Shown here piece after piece: positions 30,001-32,000 of a stretch of DNA of 32,000 nucleotides. Source of the stretch: Candidatus Omnitrophota bacterium (GTDB lineage: Bacteria; Omnitrophota; Gorgyraeia; Zapsychrales; JANLHA01); assembly GCA_963662715.1 (NCBI GenBank), contig OY759724.1, positions 1,200,001-1,232,000 of the forward strand, given 5' to 3'. The position numbers were made by a program, and so were the translations under genes. Positions within the stretch are counted from its first letter, which is position 1; each line of letters opens with the position of its first letter. The notes under the pieces were generated by a model that was not told the DNA's origin, made no database searches, and worked only from the letters and a program-made list of their open reading frames with translations.

Positions 30001-32000
30001 AGACGAAGTATTCATAACCGCGGACCTGGCTGAGCGTCTTGCCGTCGTTATAAGAATACTGCAGGACAGGCAAGACCTTATCGGCGTCTGTTCCGAACAC
30101 TTCGGCGATGCTTGACTTGATATCCTCCGGATTGACAATCAGGCGGATCTCTGTTTCATCGGTATACGGCTCGGCCCAGCCTCTCGCCAGCAATTTCTCT
30201 GAAATTTCTTCCCAGTCAAGGCCTTCTTCTCTCTCGACCTGCTGCTGTGTCAGGACCTGCGGATCGACGATCTTGACCGTCATCTGCTCACCTCTTCCGC
30301 CGGTCAGGATGAACTTCCGGCCGTCATTGCCCAGGACATCTCTCCGGTAATAATCTTCCTCCTCGGTCGGAGAACGGAAAACCCGGACTTCTTTCAAGCC
30401 GTTGCCGTCCTTGAACACGATCGTTCCCGGATTGATTCCGACTCTCAGATCAACTTCAATATCTTCCCCGTTATTGACCTTGAGCTTGTGTCCTTCCAGC
30501 CACAGGACATTAATACCGAAATCTTTGTTGGCATAAAGCGTGGCGATATCGCGGCCGCGGCTGTCATTCGGAGTCAGGTAATGGTAAAGCTGCTTACCTG
30601 TCTTGTCCGGATTATATCGCGGCCGGCCCAGCAGAGGCAGGAGCGTCTTGGCATCCGCACCGAACACTTCCGTCATCTCCGCTCTCACGTCATTCAGGTT
30701 GACGATCAGGTGAATCTCCTCAAGGCCTGTGCGCTGAGCCCACCCGTTGTGGAGCAGTTTTTCGGAGACATCGCTCCAGTCAAGCTCGGCTCTCTCGATC
30801 TGATTTTTGGTCAGATAACCGTTCTCAAGGATAACCGGTGTTTCCTCAACGATATCAAACAATGTCGCGCGGGAAATACCCATCTTGGCCAGATGCTGCC
30901 AGAGATAAGCATTTTCAAGTCCGAAGCGGACGAGCGCTGTTCTGTTGTAGGATCTTTCCATTTCCTCATTAAACAACGCCTCTGCCTGTACCTTCAGGCC
31001 AAGCGCTTCAGCCTCTTCAATACTTAACGTTCTGAAGAATGTTTCTATCTGATATTCAACCCGCTCTTCCGCTTTCTCTCCCGCAGGCCCTTCAATTCTG
31101 GTAATCACGTCATCGAGCTTCACGGACCGTTTCACTTCACCCGTTCTCTCATCAAACTCAAGACCCACGATAATTTCCACCAGGTCTCTTTCAAGATTAT
31201 CCGGGTTCTGGGCCGGGACAGCTTCTTCCCTGACCGTAATGATCTTTCTCTTCACCGGATCATGCGGGATTCGGTATGTCGTGGTTCGGACATTGTCAAC
31301 CGTTGTCTCTGTCGAAACCTCAAAGATCAGATCCGACAAATCATCCACTTTACTGAACCGGGACATATCAAGGTTCAGCAAGGCTTCTCTGACCAAATCA
31401 TGCTGGATAAGAGCGGCGAAATCGATCTGCTGAATATCTCCGGCCCTGACACGGCCCCTATTTTCCGTATCCCAGACTTTGACCCAGCCTGAACCGTTCG
31501 CGCGGATCTCAACCTCGCTGGTCTCATGCTTGCCTGTCGGAGAATATTCTTTTCTTTCCTGGATTCTGAAGATGCTCTTTTCACCCGCCCGCTCACCAAG
31601 CTGTTCGTTTTTGTCAGAATCCTTAACCAAGGCGAAGAGCTGTTCCTGATTTTCAAAGTTCTCCGGAATCTGGATAGACCCGATCTGTTCTACCATAATC
31701 TTGCCCTTAACGATTTCTCTGCGTGTGACAAGAGCGCTTCCGCCGAGTTTCTCCTGGTCTCTCAGGTTAATGAATGTCTGGACGCGGTTCTCCCTGGTTC
31801 CGGTATAGCTGTAAACTCCCGTGACATTTTCGACTTCAACCTCTGTGCCGTCTGCCTGACGGACCGTTACGGTGAGACCTGTCTCTTTCTTGTAATCCGT
31901 GGAATAAAGCTCTTCGCCCGTTTCCGGATCAAAATAACGGATCTCTTCGCGCTCAGGATCTGTGCTCTGCAGCAGTTCGCCCTGGGCATTGTACACGTCA
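1..32000 (-). CDS. Internal fragment of one giant multidomain ORF (10,666 in-phase codons, 31999 down to 2; both ends run off the window)
   Basis: Minus-strand phase has codons at plus coordinates 3k+2..3k+4. Hand translation of many separated stretches (2-580, 1121-1321, 2423-2461, 9362-9418, 21902-22138, 23042-23101, 24335-24490, 27482-27541, 31691-31999) is stop-free and protein-like. About 40 recognisable family motifs across the window all have low coordinates congruent to 2 mod 3. The ORF track (start-to-stop ORFs >=60 aa, TTG starts allowed) has no entry in this phase, which is expected only if the phase has no stop in the window. The other five phases never exceed 249 aa. Confidence 0.9.
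2..1285 (-). other. Module: GT30 Kdo transferase (WaaA/KdtA-like) domain, cut by the window edge
   Basis: IVVSACGVGEVINSISLIEALQQTYPDYRIVLLTNST (about 880-960) resembles the WaaA N-terminal S-x-G-E motif region. SFWYTLGGHNPLEPANFAKPVIVGPYTENF (GGHNPLEPA at 56-82) matches the conserved WaaA C-terminal GGHN-x-LEP motif. A hydrophobic stretch ACAAVIVSV (1160-1186) lies upstream. The module begins right after SSPV at 1286-1297. Confidence 0.75.
1298..2581 (-). other. Module: radical SAM-like domain
   Basis: IPVIQIMSGCNRGCLICLF carries the CxxxCxxC iron-sulfur motif C-N-R-G-C-L-I-C at 2429-2452, about 40 aa after the module start. The remaining ~380 aa were not recognised. The module is bounded by SSSPV (2582-2596) and SSPV (1286-1297). 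Confidence 0.5.
2597..3157 (-). other. Junction-delimited module (~187 aa), no family recognised
   Basis: Bounded by SSPV 3158-3169 and SSSPV 2582-2596. Starts SSGRVLPATIQPVSIESMQDFIQRHAYF and ends LKQSENENM. Confidence 0.35.
3170..3988 (-). other. Junction-delimited module (~273 aa), no family recognised
   Basis: Bounded by SSSPV 3989-4003 and SSPV 3158-3169. Starts IRKNNMPAERKDRDIAV and ends TVEAFMLSAAA. Confidence 0.35.
4004..4762 (-). other. Module: minimal (Pol-beta-type) nucleotidyltransferase-like domain plus helical tail
   Basis: RLVYAFGSSLWSTEPNDIDVVIVAD has G-S at 4628-4633 and D-I-D at 4595-4603. This is the G-[SG]-x(9-13)-D-x-[DE] signature of the NTP_transf_2/MNT family. Confidence 0.5.
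4775..6652 (-). other. Module: GT-B fold GT4-family glycosyltransferase
   Basis: VSYSSTFEAFGNGLIEGIAAQRPVIVYP contains the E-x7-E motif (E at 5324-5326 and 5300-5302) typical of Glycos_transf_1 retaining glycosyltransferases. The ~620-aa module begins GFVLHRMGNLDGVSLETKKW. It is bounded by SSPV 6653-6664 and 4763-4774. Confidence 0.7.
6665..7318 (-). other. Module: class I SAM-dependent methyltransferase-like
   Basis: RVVSVGPGDYAIS is motif-I-like. IDVVIMMSVLSY and MLREGATLLVGWF are in the order and spacing typical of the Rossmann-fold methyltransferase core. Motif I is divergent. Confidence 0.4.
7331..7942 (-). other. Junction-delimited module (~204 aa), no family recognised
   Basis: Bounded by SSPI 7943-7954 and SSPV 7319-7330. 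Starts LELHNQPALPTVIEIPLEDIMPLVP and ends GVAALVVPGVLVT. Confidence 0.35.
7955..8176 (-). other. Short Lys/Arg/Glu/Asp-rich low-complexity segment (~74 aa)
   Basis: EKVERKVEPVHKTVRTDKDRKQREDQQRKDKKSRKIEPIQDKVTISEEARRLYEETEAKRSTEGAEKKADDGAA. Bounded by SSSPV 8177-8191 and SSPI 7943-7954. Confidence 0.5.
8192..8728 (-). other. Junction-delimited module (~179 aa), helical, no family recognised
   Basis: Bounded by SSSPV 8729-8743 and 8177-8191. Starts ERRIRKADVLQELVEENAIRTAKDLAYYG and ends YELREADLDSENKAD. Confidence 0.35.
8744..9907 (-). other. Junction-delimited module (~388 aa), no family recognised
   Basis: Bounded by SSPI 9908-9919 and SSSPV 8729-8743. Starts EERETSPRPWNGPHRLNEIEEVF, contains ITDEELWDKVRTTPIETMFRR (9362-9418, verified) and ends ELPVSRMDL. 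Confidence 0.35.
9920..10750 (-). other. Module: Nudix hydrolase (preceded by a short helical, HTH-like segment)
   Basis: A complete Nudix box G-x5-E-x7-R-E-U-x-E-E-x-G-U reads GHPRIGEAGIKAIQREFQEELGV at 10346-10414. Confidence 0.75.
10870..11037 (-). other. Possible LuxR/sigma-70 region-4-like helix-turn-helix segment
   Basis: LGAREREVLKWVERETQGERGRVVRVTPQVIREVGVTSATQMDRILRKALKM resembles the L-T-x-R-E-x-E-V-L...HTH pattern. This rests on weak pattern recognition only. Confidence 0.25.
11380..12040 (-). other. HAD-superfamily (type IIB-like) phosphatase domain
   Basis: Motif I is MILSDYDGTLAA (DYDGT at 12011-12025). Motif IV is EVLVLGDNYDPENALSD (about 11405-11440). The cap-like region between them is compatible with a IIB sugar-phosphatase type. 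Confidence 0.6.
12470..12900 (-). other. ComF-like / type I phosphoribosyltransferase domain
   Basis: VDYIVPVPKMKGQYNQLLPLAETLAETLGAPV is followed by the PRPP-loop-like KTVVVLDDHAGSRLTLLELQYLLLNAGAKRVIILAL (VVVLDD at 12590-12607). Confidence 0.6.
13655..14599 (-). other. Module: CCA-adding enzyme / poly(A) polymerase (PolyA_pol) family nucleotidyltransferase-like, possibly catalytically degenerate
   Basis: SVFLYGWMVRDLLRGERPEHLGYLM (about 14440-14500) aligns to the GG-x-VRD-x-LLG...DxD head motif. The second Gly is Trp and the DxD position reads HLGYL. ASDLTINRMMLVFDDKSDDPILQDPFNGYQDLL (14224-14305) matches the RDFTIN-A...DPF-G-x-x-DL motif. Confidence 0.55.
14783..14935 (-). repeat. Two to three copies of a ~40-aa peptide repeat (V-G-A-x-T-x-M-S-S-S-P-L-x-x-E-E-Y-x-A)
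   Basis: PVGASTLMSSSPLTAEEYAAWKAAQSVETSAVKITS, then SPVGALTYMSSSPLSEEEYRAYLAEQARSTAGSIRKF, then a degenerate GAVSIMSAVPVNVDEHY. The same repeat family occurs at 21527-21800. Confidence 0.7.
15272..15316 (-). repeat. ELTRPVPERGLSLSS peptide/DNA direct repeat, copy 1
   Basis: In-phase translation is E-L-T-R-P-V-P-E-R-G-L-S-L-S-S. The DNA core 15281-15316 is 34/36 identical to 16217-16252. Confidence 0.85.
16211..16252 (-). repeat. ELTRPVPERELSSS direct repeat, copy 2
   Basis: In-phase translation is E-L-T-R-P-V-P-E-R-E-L-S-S-S. Near-identical DNA to copy 1. Confidence 0.85.
16352..16396 (-). repeat. ELTGTVPEQGLSLSS direct repeat, copy 3
   Basis: In-phase translation is E-L-T-G-T-V-P-E-Q-G-L-S-L-S-S. 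The DNA core 16361-16396 is 32/36 identical to copy 1. Confidence 0.8.
16430..17158 (-). other. Module: UPF0489-like (arginase/deacetylase-fold-like) domain
   Basis: VMVMDYHNYAYSFWW, ANKILHIDAHADAEM (about 16882-16912), NVLDVDLDVL and IITIATSPEF occur in the order seen in the UPF0489 family. Recognised from memory only. Confidence 0.4.
17174..18673 (-). other. Module: MidA/NDUFAF7-type (Methyltransf_28, DUF185) SAM-dependent methyltransferase
   Basis: FAEFMSQAQTEYYGRIAQIGRGKDFDTYVE, FSVVEMGAGNGTYALNIM (VVEMGAGNG at 18452-18478), FLSNELIDDLPGHRL and GFVVTIDYGG (about 17973-17990) appear in the family order. Confidence 0.7.
18689..20731 (-). other. Module: RelA/SpoT-homologue (p)ppGpp-synthetase-type domain plus TGS-like and ACT-like domains, no HD hydrolase
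   Basis: VEDVFAPLAERLG (about 20462-20500); SMSSRVKSVYSIAEKFERQ (about 20225-20280); LYDLLGLHVVVKGEIQDYWEAL (20141-20200); RYDSLHMGL; PLEIKIMNETNLNLMRFGNKAAHWFYK (AAHWFYK at 19877-19897). A TGS-like segment follows (about 19500-19770, ending LQNGDIVGI), then an ACT-like segment (about 18960-19160, LPYDRIGLLKDIVAVITQHLGNV). Only ~75 aa precede FAPLAERLG in the module and they contain no H-D motif. Confidence 0.8.
20747..21400 (-). other. Module: class I SAM-dependent methyltransferase-like
   Basis: LIEQYVGKDAALLDIGAGDNAFANTIA (LLDIGAGDN at 21230-21256) is a motif I look-alike. A downstream FNVITLNEPF segment is motif-II/III-like. Confidence 0.45.
21413..22189 (-). other. Module A: hydrophobic/amphipathic segment plus three 40-aa VGASTLMSSSPL repeats
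   Basis: RAYEGLAAWQKALIIVPGRKDAVRDNAEISLVFPAVDETVEQKEVIYITMASLMKRMAMLLRFLLDFLVRFLMRAFGAL (21902-22138, translated codon by codon) is followed by the tandem repeats at 21527-21800. Paralogous to module B. Confidence 0.5.
21527..21800 (-). repeat. In-frame 120-bp tandem repeat, 2.3 copies, encoding VGASTLMSS[S/A/T]PLSAEEYAAYLASKEADTVSSSIK
   Basis: Units 21531-21650 and 21651-21770 are near-identical and share gagctcat[c/t]aacgtggaagcgccgacg...gatactgctgctgacggtatcggcttctttgc...caggtaagccgcatattcttcggcgcttaa. A third partial unit starts at 21771. Confidence 0.9.
22232..24330 (-). other. ~700-aa Lys/Glu/Ala-rich, predicted alpha-helical/coiled-coil spacer
   Basis: Continuous charged helical-looking sequence, for example QLKKEFVSRTVLEVFDLDREL (23042-23101, verified) and EEAKKMLEKALTEAFLAAKKEEALALIEKKIKENSAALAQDLEEII. 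No Cys- or Trp-rich or catalytic motifs were recognised. Confidence 0.5.
24335..24480 (-). other. Predicted transmembrane hairpin (two hydrophobic helices)
   Basis: VFGWFAGAGVSMWLISSFLLPLLPSGFLGLFAFAGAGIFAGSFFSGLFTG, translated from 24335-24490. Confidence 0.6.
24491..24598 (-). repeat. In-frame imperfect tandem duplication (51 + 57 bp) encoding a Gly/Ser/Asn-rich low-complexity linker
   Basis: aggattatctaatccgcgtcctgaacccgagcctcctttaccgccgttctg (24491-24541) versus aggattatctgatccttgtccctggcttgagcccgagtctccgttatcgttgttctg (24542-24598). Protein reads PQNNDNGDSGSSQGQGSDN then PQNGGKGGSGSGRGLDN. Confidence 0.7.
24640..28600 (-). other. GT48 1,3-beta-glucan synthase (fungal FKS1 / plant callose-synthase-like) catalytic region with flanking TM clusters
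   Basis: WNMIINALREDDLL (27500-27541) matches the callose-synthase WN-x-II-x-x-REEDL motif. RLWVSYRYQPLSRSVRGIMRYREMYEFL (about 26905-26990) matches R-x-W-A-S-x-R-x-Q-T-L-x-R-T-x-R-G-M-M-Y-Y. GQGKPMNQNNILRFTRGQIVMVMDMNQD (26042-26125), followed by LYLEE, matches GEGKPENQNHAIIFTRGE...IDMNQDNYLEE. Also present: IVGVPEDIFT, RYHYGHPDF (about 25827-25850), NEDIFGAY, MQAGKGREAVYVG and ADYIATGRR (25217-25243). Multi-helix hydrophobic clusters lie at about 27740-28590 and 24650-25560. Confidence 0.8.
26440..26885 (-). other. ~150-aa charged coiled-coil insertion inside the GT48 cytoplasmic domain
   Basis: EGLLLADQESRKAKAEAEMGHEKLILEEQEDGLKELIAKMNAKKDSESQEKQLLNIQIAAVEQQIEEQKEKIEALKAEIEAV...AEDEEAKAERRAGLEKLRKELEGQQEKL sits between the RGIMRYREMYEFL motif and EKFEFVAGDQPYG. 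This is the position of the variable region in FKS/CalS proteins. Confidence 0.55.
29445..29515 (-). other. Predicted single TM helix separating the N-terminal repeat region from the glucan-synthase region
   Basis: KVVGGLGGAYLLGILIIGKIVAWISQILRKKG, translated from 29431-29520. Confidence 0.6.
30040..30790 (-). repeat. Intragenic tandem duplication of a ~188-189-aa unit (diverged)
   Basis: LDWSDVSEKLLHNGWAQRTGLEEIHLIVNLNDVRAEMTEVFGADAKTLLPLLGRP (about 30607-30790) aligns with LDWEEISEKLLARGWAEPYTDETEIRLIVNPEDIKSSIAEVFGTDADKVLPVLQYS (about 30040-30226). DNA anchors: ccagtcaag at 30776 and 30212 (564 bp apart) and gaacacttc at 30662 and 30095 (567 bp apart). Confidence 0.65.
31880..31999 (-). 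other. Possible degenerate YD/RHS-like repeats at the N-terminal edge of the window
   Basis: DVYNAQGELLQSTDPEREEIRYFDPETGEELYSTDYK resembles the Y-x-Y-D-x-x-G-x-L periodicity. It is a very short stretch at the window edge. Confidence 0.2.

Noticed and set aside
1-32000. Alternative genetic code (stop-codon reassignment) to explain why the ORF track shows only short ORFs in clearly coding-looking DNA
   Set aside because: The minus-strand phase 3k+2 reads through with the standard code, and well-known motifs (Nudix box, GT48, RelA/SpoT, WaaA) translate correctly without recoding. The ORF is missing from the track because it has no stop, or start-to-stop pair, inside the window.
1-32000. tRNA, rRNA, riboswitch, promoter, RBS or terminator elements
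   Set aside because: None is apparent and no non-coding gap exists to host them. I did not do an exhaustive hairpin search by eye, so small antisense or embedded elements cannot be excluded.
1-32000. Assembly chimera that stitches unrelated genes together
   Set aside because: A chimera would not preserve a single reading phase across about 22 junctions, nor would it place the same peptide motif at most of them. Only read mapping, which I cannot do, can exclude local repeat-collapse errors such as at 21527-21800.

Overview
The whole 32-kb window appears to be an internal fragment of one giant protein-coding ORF on the minus strand. Codons sit at plus coordinates 3k+2..3k+4, giving 10,666 sense codons from 31999 down to 2, with no start or stop inside the window. 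I found no intergenic DNA, RNA genes, CRISPR arrays, mobile elements, promoters or terminators. The supplied ORF track has no entry in this phase, which fits an ORF with no stop in the window. Every listed ORF (maximum 249 aa) lies in one of the other five phases and looks like an antisense or off-phase shadow. Read N to C (high to low coordinate), the protein contains: a beta-rich, possibly YD-like region and a ~188-aa tandem duplication (32000-29520); a TM helix; a eukaryote-type GT48 FKS/callose-synthase-like 1,3-beta-glucan synthase with two TM clusters and a coiled-coil insertion (about 28600-24640); a G/S/N-rich tandem repeat and a TM hairpin; a ~700-aa Lys/Glu-rich helical spacer (24330-22232); and then a ~22-kb string of about 22 normally stand-alone modules. 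Most recognised modules are enzyme-like: SAM methyltransferase-like x2, RelA/SpoT synthetase-TGS-ACT, MidA/NDUFAF7-like methyltransferase, UPF0489-like, a TM-flanked HExxH metallopeptidase-like domain, CCA/poly(A)-polymerase-like NTase, ComF-like PRTase, HAD phosphatase, Nudix, GT4, minimal nucleotidyltransferase, radical SAM and a WaaA-like Kdo transferase. Several modules have no recognisable family. The most unusual signal is a short peptide motif, S-S-(S)-P-[V/I/L/M], found 28 times. Most copies mark the junctions between these modules and the rest sit inside a 40-aa repeat. The motif is encoded by all six Ser codons, so it is conserved at the protein level, which suggests a polyprotein-like or cassette-like architecture. 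All domain calls come from hand translation and motif recognition; no database search was possible.
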